Source: Elusimicrobiales bacterium (GTDB taxonomy: Bacteria > Elusimicrobiota > Elusimicrobia > Elusimicrobiales > UBA9959). Taken from it: a DNA stretch of 64,000 nucleotides. Each line of letters opens with the position of its first letter. The first letter of the stretch is position 1. Both the position numbers and the translations under genes were made by a program. Shown piece after piece: positions 45,064 to 54,317 of the stretch. The notes below the pieces were generated by a model. That model saw nothing but the letters and a program-made list of their open reading frames with translations, did not search any database and had not been told where the DNA came from. The stretch lies in the NCBI GenBank assembly GCA_049972095.1, contig JBMFKQ010000002.1, positions 3,578 through 67,577 on the forward strand, written 5' to 3'.

Positions 45064-46680
45064 TTATCTATCTAAGATATATCTATTAACGATGGTATCT
45101 TTTGCATGTTTGAGCTTATGTGGATAATCCTCATTGAAATAAAGCCCTCTTGATTCTTTTCTTAGAAGTGAGCTTTCAATAATCATCTTGGATACAAGAG
45201 CTATATTTCTTAGCTCAACGAAATCACGAGTTGGGCGGTATCTTTTGTAATAGTAAAGGATTTCATCAATTATGAGGTTTAACTTCTTCTTTGCTTTAAT
45301 AAGCCTCTCATTGCTTCTTACTATACCTGCATAGCTGTTTGTAATTGATCTTATCTCATCCCAGTTCTGCGATATTATAACATCCTCTTTAGATTTAATT
45401 GTTTGCTTGTAATCCCATAGATAATGCTTTTCAATTTTCATTGGTATTAAAATTCTATCTTCAAGTGCAAGAGCTGTTGCTTTTAAAGCCATAACAGATG
45501 CTTCAAGCAGAGAATTTGAGGCAAGTCTGTTTGCACCATGAAGCCCTGTATGTGCAACCTCACCACATACAAATAGATTTTTTATGTCAGTTCTTCCAAA
45601 CACATCACTTTTAACACCGCCACAGAAAAAATGTGCTGCTGGAACAACAGGTATTGGTTGTTTTGTTATGTCTATTGCATAGTTAAGACATGTTTTGTAG
45701 ATATATGGAAATCTTTTTTTTATAAATGATGCTGGCTTGAATGATATATCAAGCAAAACATAATCGTCGCCGCTTTTTTTAAGCTCATTGGCAATTGCCC
45801 TTGCCACAACATCTCTTGGAGCAAGCTCTTTCATTCTTGAGTATTTATGCATAAATCTTTTTCCACTTTTAAGCATTAAAATAGCTCCCTCACCTCTTAA
45901 AGCTTCAGATATCAGGAAGTTTTGTGCTTTATGATGATAAAGACAAGTTGGGTGAAACTGAACAAACTCCATATTTAGCATATCAAGTCCTGCTTTGTAG
46001 CAGATTGCAAAGCCATCTCCTGTTGCAGTGTTTGGATTTGATGTGTAAAGATAGACCTTTCCCGCACCGCCAGTGGCAAGAAATACCTTTGATGCAAGGA
46101 ATGAAAAAATAGTATGGCTTTTATTATCAATTGCATAAACACCAAGTGCCTGGTTTTTTTGTGGAGGATAATATGCAGGATGATAACGAAGTATTAAATC
46201 AACAGCAGTGAAGTTTTCAAAAACTTTTATATTTCTTCTTGATTTTATATGTTTTATAAGAGTCTCCACTATTGCTCTTCCTGTAAAATCGTAGTGATGA
46301 AGTATTCTTCTCTTTGAATGGCCACCCTCAAGCCCAAAGTCAAACTCCCCCTTTTTGGTGTTGAATTTTACCCCGAGTTTTAAAAGTTCGCTTATAACAA
46401 TCGGCGCTGAGTTTACTATTTCTCTAACCACATCTTGTTTTGAAAGACCATCACCTGCTCTGATTGTATCCTTTATATGGTTATCAAAACTATCATCCTT
46501 TCCAAGGGCTGCTGCTATACCGCCCTGAGCATAAACAGAGTTTGAGATATCTATTTTATCTTTTGTTAATATAACAACTTTAATGTTTGGGTTTTGTGAA
46601 AGTTTTATTCCAGCAAGAAGACCTGCTATCCCACTTCCAACCACAATAAAATCGCAGCTGTATATTCTGTTATCTCTCAT
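45064..46680 (-). CDS. nadB: L-aspartate oxidase
   Basis: 538 aa. FAD motif DFIVVGSGIAGL, conserved AQGGIAA, HPT and GEVA.TGLHGANRLASNSLLE. Confidence 0.9.
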   Translation of the reverse strand: MRDNRIYSCDFIVVGSGIAGLLAGIKLSQNPNIKVVILTKDKIDISNSVYAQGGIAAALGKDDSFDNHIKDTIRAGDGLSKQDVVREIVNSAPIVISELLKLGVKFNTKKGEFDFGLEGGHSKRRILHHYDFTGRAIVETLIKHIKSRRNIKVFENFTAVDLILRYHPAYYPPQKNQALGVYAIDNKSHTIFSFLASKVFLATGGAGKVYLYTSNPNTATGDGFAICYKAGLDMLNMEFVQFHPTCLYHHKAQNFLISEALRGEGAILMLKSGKRFMHKYSRMKELAPRDVVARAIANELKKSGDDYVLLDISFKPASFIKKRFPYIYKTCLNYAIDITKQPIPVVPAAHFFCGGVKSDVFGRTDIKNLFVCGEVAHTGLHGANRLASNSLLEASVMALKATALALEDRILIPMKIEKHYLWDYKQTIKSKEDVIISQNWDEIRSITNSYAGIVRSNERLIKAKKKLNLIIDEILYYYKRYRPTRDFVELRNIALVSKMIIESSLLRKESRGLYFNEDYPHKLKHAKDTIVNRYILDR

Positions 46681-46711
46681 TTATTTATAAAATATATTTT
46701 ACAATTTTGCT

Positions 46712-47740
46712 ATGATGAGGATTATAGTAAAATATATTCCTGTTGTTGTTGCAGGAGTAATACTGTTTTATCTTGTATATCCAAATTATGAAAAACTTAT
46801 TGAAATATATATGGTTTCTGATAAAAGATTTTTGTTACTTTCTATGATCTCATCTATAACAAGCTATCTGTTTATGAGCCTTTCACTTCATGAAATGCTT
46901 TCAATTCTTGGCTATAGAATACCTTTTACAGATACATTTTCAATAACACTAATATCAACAACGGTTAACTATTTCATATCATCCGCTGGCATAAGTGGAT
47001 TTGCTTTGAGAACTCATCTGCTAAATATTAGAAAGATCCCTGTAAGTATTGCCATAACTATATCTGTTGTTCTTACAGCCTTTATATATCTTATTCTTGG
47101 GTTTATAATAATGCAGAGTTTTTTTTTATATTTTTTTGAAATAAGGAAAATAAATCTTCAGATGCTTGAAGGATTTGTAGGGGTTATTTTTATATTTGCT
47201 ATACCCTTTTTTATGACGCTGATAATATATAACCATAGGTTTAGAAATAGATGGGCAATAAGGTTGTTTTATTTCATAAACAAAACCCTCTATAGCATAA
47301 CTAAATACTCTATAGCTAAGGAGGACTTTAGAGAATTTAAAAATCGGCTTAATCATGGAATAAAGATACTTCATACAAAACGCTTTGAGCTTGCAAAGGT
47401 TGCAGGCTATGTTCTTTTAGACTGGATATTTAACATACTTGTGCTTTATTTTGCCTTTAGATCTGTTGGTAATAATTTGTCAATCACTTCACTTGTAATT
47501 GGGTTTTCATTTGGAATAGTTATGACTGTTATTCCGTTTTTGCCATCAGGTCTTGGTCTTATGGAGTTTGTAATCTCAATATACTATTCATCATACAATA
47601 TACCTGTTGAATCAGCAGTTTTCTCAAGCCTTGTTTTTAGAGTGTTTTATTATGTTGTGCCATTTATTATAAGCTTAATACTTTACTATGGAATAAAGAT
47701 AGCTGAACCACAACTTAAAGATTCTTTTTTAGGAAAATGA
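46712..47740 (+). CDS. Flippase-like polytopic membrane protein (UPF0104 / lysyl-PG-synthase TM-region family)
   Basis: 342 aa with about 8 TM segments. The overall pattern and length fit UPF0104. This is a by-eye assignment only. Confidence 0.5.
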   Translation: MMRIIVKYIPVVVAGVILFYLVYPNYEKLIEIYMVSDKRFLLLSMISSITSYLFMSLSLHEMLSILGYRIPFTDTFSITLISTTVNYFISSAGISGFALRTHLLNIRKIPVSIAITISVVLTAFIYLILGFIIMQSFFLYFFEIRKINLQMLEGFVGVIFIFAIPFFMTLIIYNHRFRNRWAIRLFYFINKTLYSITKYSIAKEDFREFKNRLNHGIKILHTKRFELAKVAGYVLLDWIFNILVLYFAFRSVGNNLSITSLVIGFSFGIVMTVIPFLPSGLGLMEFVISIYYSSYNIPVESAVFSSLVFRVFYYVVPFIISLILYYGIKIAEPQLKDSFLGK

Positions 47741-47760
47741 AAAAAATTTAGGGAGGTGAT

Positions 47761-48267
47761 ATGAAGGTATATAGATTCTTAGATTCAAAACCCTTGATAA
47801 GTCCTAAAGCCAAAATTCATTCTACGGCTGTGGTAATTGGTGATGTGGAAATTGATGAATATGTATCAGTCTGGCCATATGCTGTTATAAGAGGGGATGT
47901 TGATAAAATAAAAATAGCTAAGAACAGCAATATTCAAGATCTTGTAGTAATACATCCAAACAAAAACAGGCCTGTTATTATAGGTGAAGGGGTTACAGTA
48001 GGACATTCTGCGGTTGTACATGGCTCAATTGTAGGAAATAACTGCCTTATTGGTATGAACGCAACAATTATTGATTGTGAGATCGGAGATAACTCTCTTG
48101 TGGCTGCGGGATGTGTTGTAATACCACAAACAAAGATCCCACCATGCTCACTGGTTGCTGGTGTTCCCGGCAAGGTAATAAAAAATCTTGATGAAAGATA
48201 TGTTGAGGAGATTAAAAAATCAGCAGATGAATACCTAAGGCTTTTTCAGATGTATGAAGAGTTTTGA
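47761..48267 (+). CDS. Gamma-carbonic-anhydrase-like / hexapeptide-repeat protein
   Basis: 168 aa with left-handed beta-helix hexapeptide repeats (VIGDVEI, IRGDV, IGEGVTVGH, VHG). Confidence 0.85.
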   Translation: MKVYRFLDSKPLISPKAKIHSTAVVIGDVEIDEYVSVWPYAVIRGDVDKIKIAKNSNIQDLVVIHPNKNRPVIIGEGVTVGHSAVVHGSIVGNNCLIGMNATIIDCEIGDNSLVAAGCVVIPQTKIPPCSLVAGVPGKVIKNLDERYVEEIKKSADEYLRLFQMYEEF

Positions 48268-48280
48268 TAAAGGTGAGATC

Positions 48281-48649
48281 ATGAAAAAAATTGTTATAGT
48301 TGAGGACTCCAGACAAACCGTTGATATCCTTAAACAGATACTTGAAAAGGAAGGATTTGAGGTTTATACAGCGTATGATGGGGTTGAAGGGTTTAGGGCT
48401 ATAAAAAGATATAAACCTGACCTTGTGCTTTTGGATCTTCTACTTCCAAAGATGAGTGGTTTTGATATATGTTTGAGGATGAGTCAGGATCGTGAGATAA
48501 TGAAAACCCCGGTTATTATCCTTTCAACCCTTGGGGGAGAAAAAGAAACTTTTAGAAAACTAAAAACATTTGAGATAATAAAGTTTATGAAAAAGCCATA
48601 TAGTATCGAAGAGCTTTTATGCGAAGTTAAAAAGGCAGTTAATGGATGA
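48281..48649 (+). CDS. Stand-alone response-regulator receiver domain (CheY-like)
   Basis: Start set at MKKIVIVEDS. Acidic pocket ED, phospho-acceptor in LVLLDLLLP, and ILST and KKP motifs. No output domain. Confidence 0.85.
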   Translation: MKKIVIVEDSRQTVDILKQILEKEGFEVYTAYDGVEGFRAIKRYKPDLVLLDLLLPKMSGFDICLRMSQDREIMKTPVIILSTLGGEKETFRKLKTFEIIKFMKKPYSIEELLCEVKKAVNG

Positions 48650-49383
48650 GCTTAAAAAAAATAGAAAAGATATATAAAATTCTCTACGAATTCTATGGTC
48701 CCCAAGGTTGGTGGCCTATATGTTTGGATGGAAGATCTGTATATAGAAAAAATTACTTTGGTCCACTTTCAGATTCGCAGCGCTTTGAGATATGTGTTGG
48801 AGCAATTCTCACTCAGAATGTCTCTTGGAAGAATGTTGAAAAGTGTATAGTTAAGCTTAAAGAGAATAGAATGCTTGATCCTGTAAAGATTATTGAAGAG
48901 CCGGATGAAAAGATATATCCACTTATTATATCAAGTGGATATTACAAACAGAAGGCTCTAAAACTTAAAAATATCAGTAGATGGATTATACATAAAGGTG
49001 GAGATTTTAAAAAGATATTTAAAAAAAACCCGTACAAAATTAGAAACGAGCTTCTTTTAATAAATGGCATAGGTAAGGAAACAGCAGATTCTATACTTCT
49101 CTATGCTGGATATCTCCCTTTTTTTGTAATAGATGCCTACACAAAAAGAATTTTTGAAAGAATATTTAACAGAATCTGTTATGAGTATGATGAGCTTCAA
49201 AATCTCTTTCAAGAAAGTCTACCTTTGGATCACAGGATATATAATGAATATCATGCACTTATAGTTGAGATATCAAAGAATATATGTTTAAAGAATGATC
49301 CTCAGTGTTTGAGATGTCCATTAAGAATGCTTTGTTCCTATGGAAGAGATTATGGTGGAAGAAATAATAGAAAAACTTCTTGA
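48646..49383 (+). CDS. Endonuclease III-related HhH-GPD protein with 4Fe-4S cluster loop
   Basis: HhH LLLINGIGKETADSILLYA, catalytic Asp in VIDAYTKRIF, and Cys-x6-Cys-x2-Cys-x5-Cys (CLKNDPQCLRCPLRMLC). Confidence 0.8.
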   Translation: MSLKKIEKIYKILYEFYGPQGWWPICLDGRSVYRKNYFGPLSDSQRFEICVGAILTQNVSWKNVEKCIVKLKENRMLDPVKIIEEPDEKIYPLIISSGYYKQKALKLKNISRWIIHKGGDFKKIFKKNPYKIRNELLLINGIGKETADSILLYAGYLPFFVIDAYTKRIFERIFNRICYEYDELQNLFQESLPLDHRIYNEYHALIVEISKNICLKNDPQCLRCPLRMLCSYGRDYGGRNNRKTS

Positions 49384-50380
49384 TGATAATAGATTAAATG
49401 AGGCGTTAAAAAAGATTAATCTGATTAAGAAAGATAGATTTTCTTACTTTTATTATATGGCTGAGATTCTTAGAATGAGAGGACTTATAAAGAAATCACT
49501 GGTTTTTTTTAAAAGATCTTTAGCATTAGCTTCAAGCAATGAGGAAAAATTTAAATCTGCACTAAAGATCGCATCACTTTCAAGAACACTTGGAGATCTG
49601 AAAACTGCAAGAAAGCATCTTGCTATTGCTATGAAAATTTCACCAAGCTCTTTAGAACTGCTTATGGAAAGAGCAATGTATCTAAGACTTTCCGAAAGAT
49701 ACGATGATGCTATAGAGATTTTCAACAGGCTTAAAAGGGAATATATTAAAAAAAAGGATATTGCTGGCATTTCATATATACTTTGGGCGGAAGGTGGAAT
49801 GTATAGAAATATGGGAATGATAAAAAAATCAATTAGAAGCTTTACGAATGCTTTAAAATATGCAAAGATGATAAAAGAACCATCTCTTGAGATTTATTCT
49901 GAACTTGGGCTTGCCGGTTCTTTAAGAATTATTGGTAAGTTGAAAGAATCCTATCTTCTATATTCAAGATGTATCAAAAAGATACCATTCCACGATTACT
50001 TCGCCAAAGGATATTCATATTGTGGAACTGGAAATGCGCTCAGACAGCTTGGAAACTATAAAGCAGCGCTAAGGTTTTATAGAAAAGCGCTTTCTTATTA
50101 TCGTAAGACACAAGATCGTGCAGATATGGCTTTGGTCTTGTGGGGAATGGCTGAGTGCTATAAGAAAATTGATATAAAAAAGGCTTACCGCTACATTATT
50201 AAAGCAAAAAAGCTTATAAAGGGTCTACAAGAAGTAAGAGGCAGAATACTTATAAACCTAACAGAATCACATATAAGATATGCCATGGGTGATGTGGAAA
50301 GAGCAAAAAAACTTTTCAACCGTGCAGTTAAAATCTCTATAAAACATAAGGCTAACACCCTGATTGAGAGCTTTGGATGA
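49340..50380 (+). CDS. TPR-repeat protein
   Basis: 346 aa with repeated 34-residue A/Y/L patterns (ALKYAK, ALRFYRKALSYY, ...). The start is uncertain because of a 44-nt overlap with the upstream gene. Confidence 0.7.
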   Translation: MEEIMVEEIIEKLLDDNRLNEALKKINLIKKDRFSYFYYMAEILRMRGLIKKSLVFFKRSLALASSNEEKFKSALKIASLSRTLGDLKTARKHLAIAMKISPSSLELLMERAMYLRLSERYDDAIEIFNRLKREYIKKKDIAGISYILWAEGGMYRNMGMIKKSIRSFTNALKYAKMIKEPSLEIYSELGLAGSLRIIGKLKESYLLYSRCIKKIPFHDYFAKGYSYCGTGNALRQLGNYKAALRFYRKALSYYRKTQDRADMALVLWGMAECYKKIDIKKAYRYIIKAKKLIKGLQEVRGRILINLTESHIRYAMGDVERAKKLFNRAVKISIKHKANTLIESFG

Positions 50381-50398
50381 TATGGTAAAATATAACTT

Positions 50399-51064
50399 AT
50401 GAAATATCTTTTTTTTCTCATCATTTTGTTTGTCTTGAATATTTTTCCTCAAGAGAAAAATAAAAATTTTTTTATGGGAAGTGTTGTTAAAAGCAATGAG
50501 TGGGAGATAGATAGAGCAAAAAATAAAGAATACTTCACAGGTAATGTTTTCTTTGAAAACAGATACTATCTTTTTAAATCATCCTCAGCTGTTTATGACC
50601 ACACCCTTAAAAGGTGGAGTGTTGAAGGTAATGTTTATTGCAGAAAAAAGATTGAGAAAAATAAATATCTTGAGGTTTTCTGTGATGCGGCTGTGTATGA
50701 TGAAGACATTCAAAAGGCCTTGCTTTATTCAGGCAATCAGAAAATAAAGATAAAATACACTGAATCATCCTCTCAAACACATACAGCATATTCAAAAAAT
50801 GCATCAATAGATCTCAAAGAGAGGAATATTAATTTTGATGAAGAATTTGAGCTGTTTTCGTCAAGTGTATTAGCAAAGTCGGGAAGAGCAATATATTATG
50901 AAACTAAGGATGCTTTTATTATGAGAGAAAGACCTATCATCAATGCTATTACAGATGATTATAACCTACACATAAAAGGTGATGAGATAACGCTGTTTCG
51001 TAATGAAAAGGTTGCTATTGTAAAATCATCAGTTTATGGTGCGATTTATAGAAGAGAAAAATGA
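50399..51064 (+). CDS. LptA/OstA_N-like periplasmic protein
   Basis: Signal peptide and repeated beta-jellyroll patterns (EYFTGNVFFEN..., WSVEGNVY, ..KGDEITLF). Directly upstream of and overlapping lptB. Confidence 0.55.
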   Translation: MKYLFFLIILFVLNIFPQEKNKNFFMGSVVKSNEWEIDRAKNKEYFTGNVFFENRYYLFKSSSAVYDHTLKRWSVEGNVYCRKKIEKNKYLEVFCDAAVYDEDIQKALLYSGNQKIKIKYTESSSQTHTAYSKNASIDLKERNINFDEEFELFSSSVLAKSGRAIYYETKDAFIMRERPIINAITDDYNLHIKGDEITLFRNEKVAIVKSSVYGAIYRREK

Positions 51065-51780
51065 GGCTCTCAGCTATTAATCTTGTAAAGAGATATTCAA
51101 AAAAGATTGTGGTTAATTCACTAAGCATTGATGTAAGCTCTTCAGAGGTTGTTGGGCTTTTAGGTCCTAATGGTTCTGGCAAATCAACAACATTTAATAT
51201 GATAATGGGGTTTACAAAACCTGATGATGGCAAGATTTTGCTTGATAACAAGGATATAACAAACATCCCGGTTCATATAAGAGCAAGGTTAGGACTTGGA
51301 TATCTTGCTCAGGAACCAACTGTTTTTAGGGATCTTACTGTGGAAGAGAATGTATTAGTTGTGCTTGAAAGAATTTTCAGCAATAAAGATGAGATAAAGC
51401 AAAGATTGGATAGAATACTTAAGGAGTATTCAGTTGAGCATTTAAGAAAACAGAAGGCATCAACACTATCCGGTGGGGAAAAAAGAAGGGTTGAGGTTGC
51501 AAGGGTTATGGCTCTTGAACCCTCAATTCTACTTCTTGATGAGCCATTTGTTGGAATAGACCCAATAACTGTTTGTGAGCTTAAAAAAATAATAGAATAT
51601 CTCTCCAAAAAAAATATAGCTATACTTATAAGCGATCATAATGTTAGAGAAACCCTTGAGATAACAACGAGGGCTTATCTTGTATATCAGGGAGAGATTA
51701 TAGTTCACGGAAGCCCAAAGGATATAATAAACAGTGAAAAAGCAAGGAGATTCTATCTTGGTTATGATTTTAAGGTTTAA
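51061..51780 (+). CDS. lptB: LPS export ABC transporter ATP-binding protein
   Basis: 239 aa. GPNGSGKST, the LptB-typical GLGYLAQEPTVFRDLTVEEN, LSGGEKRRVEVAR and LLLDEPF. Confidence 0.9.
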   Translation: MRLSAINLVKRYSKKIVVNSLSIDVSSSEVVGLLGPNGSGKSTTFNMIMGFTKPDDGKILLDNKDITNIPVHIRARLGLGYLAQEPTVFRDLTVEENVLVVLERIFSNKDEIKQRLDRILKEYSVEHLRKQKASTLSGGEKRRVEVARVMALEPSILLLDEPFVGIDPITVCELKKIIEYLSKKNIAILISDHNVRETLEITTRAYLVYQGEIIVHGSPKDIINSEKARRFYLGYDFKV

Positions 51781-52261
51781 GGCTATATTTGTAGTTCTAT
51801 TCTTATGCTCATGTTCTAAAAAGATTGATTTTGTTCCGAGCCCTTCCTCATTCATAAGAGATCTTTCAATATCATTATATGAGTCAAATAAAATTAGATG
51901 GAGATTAAACTGTCAAAATGCTGAGTTAAATGAGCAGCAGAATACCCTTAAATGTTATATAGCTGATATACTAACATACTCCAATGGAAATATATCATCT
52001 GATATGAAGGCAGAAATCGGATATGCTGATCTCAGGGAAAAACTCTTTTTTCTTAAAGGAAACGCCCAGGTTTTTTCACGCATTCAAAATGCAAAGGTAA
52101 TATCAGAAAAGATATATTTTAACTATCAGAATAACACCATATATTCTGATACAAATACTATTATCTTCAAGGATAATATAAAAACTGAATCTGAAGGGTT
52201 CGAAGCAAAAAGCAATCTTTCCAACATAAAGATTAAAAAGCACAGAACTACCATTGAATGA
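51764..52261 (+). CDS. LptC-like protein, possibly lipoprotein-anchored
   Basis: Start taken at ATG 51764, with AAGGAG 14 nt upstream. N-terminus MILRFKAIFVVLFLCSCS has a possible lipobox LCSC. The OstA-like pattern is ...FFLKGNAQVF...ISEKIYFNYQNNTIYSD. Confidence 0.45.
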   Translation: MILRFKAIFVVLFLCSCSKKIDFVPSPSSFIRDLSISLYESNKIRWRLNCQNAELNEQQNTLKCYIADILTYSNGNISSDMKAEIGYADLREKLFFLKGNAQVFSRIQNAKVISEKIYFNYQNNTIYSDTNTIIFKDNIKTESEGFEAKSNLSNIKIKKHRTTIE

Positions 52262-52263
52262 TT

Positions 52264-53250
52264 TTAAAGTATCCCTTCTCTTATAAGATCCCTCTCATCA
52301 ATTATTCCTATAACCCTTCCGCTGTTGTCAATAACAGGTAAATTATCTACTTTCTTTTCCTCCAGTATCTTTGCAACCTCAATGGCTGTTGCGGTGATGT
52401 TTATTTTTACAGGTTTTTTTGTCATATAGAGTTTTATAGGATCATCAGGTTTTATTGATTTTATGTTTCTTCTTATATCTCCGTCAGTAAAGAAACCAAC
52501 AAGCCTTCCTTTTGAGTCAACCACAGATACAGCCCCAAGGGATGTCTCTGTCATAACCTTAACAGCGTCAATTACCTTCGCTTTATAATTTATAATTGGA
52601 TTATCCTTTCCCCTTCTCATTATATCAGAAGCTTTCAGATATATAATTCTTCCTATATTTCCACCAGGATGAGTTGCTCCAAGGTCTTTTCTTGTGTATT
52701 TCTTTAGTTTCATTACAGTAATCGCTACAGCATCGCCAAATGCAAGCATCGCAGTAGTTGAGGATGTGGGGACAAGATTATGCGGACATGCCTCAGCTGG
52801 AGTATGAAGAAGAATAACGGATGTTGAATAATTAGAGAGTTTGGAATCTTTTTGGTTTGTAACTGAATAAAGTTTGATAGCTCTTTTTGAAAGATAATGA
52901 GCAAATCTAACAATCTCGGGACTCTGTCCTGAGTTTGAAAAAAGAATGGCAATATCATTGTTATTGACAAGCCCCATATCCCCATGAAGTGCTTCAACTG
53001 GATGAATAAAAACTGATGGTGTGCCTGTAGAAACAAGAGTAGCTGATATCTTTCTTGCGACAAGTCCTGATTTGCCAACCCCACTTAGTATAACCTTTCC
53101 TTTCAGCAGGAGTATTGATTCTATGAGATCAACAAAATTTCTATCAAAACCTTTTTGAAAAAGAGATTTTAATGCATTAATCTCATGAAGTATAACATCC
53201 TTTGCATAGCTGATTATTAGTTTTCTATCTTTTTTTTGGGGTTTAACCAT
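52264..53250 (-). CDS. kdsD: Arabinose-5-phosphate isomerase (KdsD/KpsF: SIS + tandem CBS)
   Basis: 328 aa. SIS motif GVGKSG and HP.E..HGD, plus two C-terminal CBS domains. Confidence 0.9.
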   Translation of the reverse strand: MVKPQKKDRKLIISYAKDVILHEINALKSLFQKGFDRNFVDLIESILLLKGKVILSGVGKSGLVARKISATLVSTGTPSVFIHPVEALHGDMGLVNNNDIAILFSNSGQSPEIVRFAHYLSKRAIKLYSVTNQKDSKLSNYSTSVILLHTPAEACPHNLVPTSSTTAMLAFGDAVAITVMKLKKYTRKDLGATHPGGNIGRIIYLKASDIMRRGKDNPIINYKAKVIDAVKVMTETSLGAVSVVDSKGRLVGFFTDGDIRRNIKSIKPDDPIKLYMTKKPVKINITATAIEVAKILEEKKVDNLPVIDNSGRVIGIIDERDLIREGIL

Positions 53251-53480
53251 GGAGTCATCTCCGCAGGGATTATTCTTTGATCATATGGAGGGGGAAGTTT
53301 CCTAAGAATATGTCCTACTATGAAATACAAAGCAGTCAGTGATATATATATTATAAGAAGAGTCTTAAGATGCCATTTTGTATCACAAAACCATATAGGA
53401 GGCTTTGAAAGATCTGCGGAACACTTCTTGCAATATCTTGTTGAGAGTTTATTTTCGTATCCACAGTTAGGACACTTCAT
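53217..53480 (-). CDS. Zinc-ribbon membrane protein (hypothetical)
   Basis: 87 aa. MKCPNCGYEN....YCKKCSADL followed by one TM helix (LLIIYISLTALYFIVGHIL). It has a 4-nt overlap with kdsA and a 34-nt overlap with kdsD. Confidence 0.5.
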   Translation of the reverse strand: MKCPNCGYENKLSTRYCKKCSADLSKPPIWFCDTKWHLKTLLIIYISLTALYFIVGHILRKLPPPYDQRIIPAEMTPWLNPKKKIEN

Positions 53481-54313
53481 AATATAGATTTTACAAATTT
53501 ATCAAGTTTATTTAAAACACTCATAAACTCCTCTACCTCATCAAGCGGCAGTGAATTAGGACCATCTGAAAGAGCATTATCAGGGTCAAGATGTGTTTCA
53601 AAAAAGACTCCGGCTATAGCACATGCAACACTTGCTCTTGCAAGAGGTTTTATGAATTGTCTGTCCCCAGCGCTTCTATCTCCAAGGCCTGCTGGCCTTT
53701 GAACTGAGTGTGTCGCATCAAAAATGATAGGATATCCAAATTCTTTCATAATCTCAAATGCTCTCATATCCACAACAAGATTGTTGTAGCCAAACATATA
53801 CCCCCTTTCTGTTATCATTATATTGTAGTTATTCCTACTTTCTATTTTTCTGATTATATTTCTTATTTCCCATGGAGATATGAACTGTCCCTTTTTTACA
53901 TTAACAACCTTGCCTGTCTGGGCTGCGGCAATAAGAATATCTGTCTGGCGGCATAGAAATGCTGGTATTTGAATTATATCGCATATCTCAGCAACAATAT
54001 CTGCCTGATGAGGAAGGTGTATATCTATAAGAAGAGGTAGATTAAGCTCTTTTTTCACTCTTTTTAATATCTCAACTCCCTCCACAAGTCCAGGACCTCT
54101 GTAGGAATTAATAGAGCTTCTGTTAGCCTTATCAAAAGATGCCTTTGCTATAAACCTCACGCCAAGTTTATCTGATATCTCTTTGAGTTTTTTTAGAGTT
54201 ATATAGTAGTTATCATAGCTCTCTATAACACATGTACCTGCAATAAAAACAAGAGGGTTTTTATTTGATATTTCAATATTATAATTGTCTAATCTAACAC
54301 TTTTCATAATCAT
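53477..54313 (-). CDS. kdsA: 3-deoxy-8-phosphooctulonate (Kdo-8-P) synthase
   Basis: 278 aa with KASFDKANRSS, IIFDATHSVQ.P and a G..SGG-like segment. Confidence 0.93.
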   Translation of the reverse strand: MIMKSVRLDNYNIEISNKNPLVFIAGTCVIESYDNYYITLKKLKEISDKLGVRFIAKASFDKANRSSINSYRGPGLVEGVEILKRVKKELNLPLLIDIHLPHQADIVAEICDIIQIPAFLCRQTDILIAAAQTGKVVNVKKGQFISPWEIRNIIRKIESRNNYNIMITERGYMFGYNNLVVDMRAFEIMKEFGYPIIFDATHSVQRPAGLGDRSAGDRQFIKPLARASVACAIAGVFFETHLDPDNALSDGPNSLPLDEVEEFMSVLNKLDKFVKSIL

Positions 54314-54317
54314 AATC

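Noticed and set aside
52725-53084. 119-aa same-strand alternative-frame ORF within kdsD
   Set aside because: The kdsD frame carries clear SIS/CBS motifs. The alternative frame has no motifs and no independent start signals.
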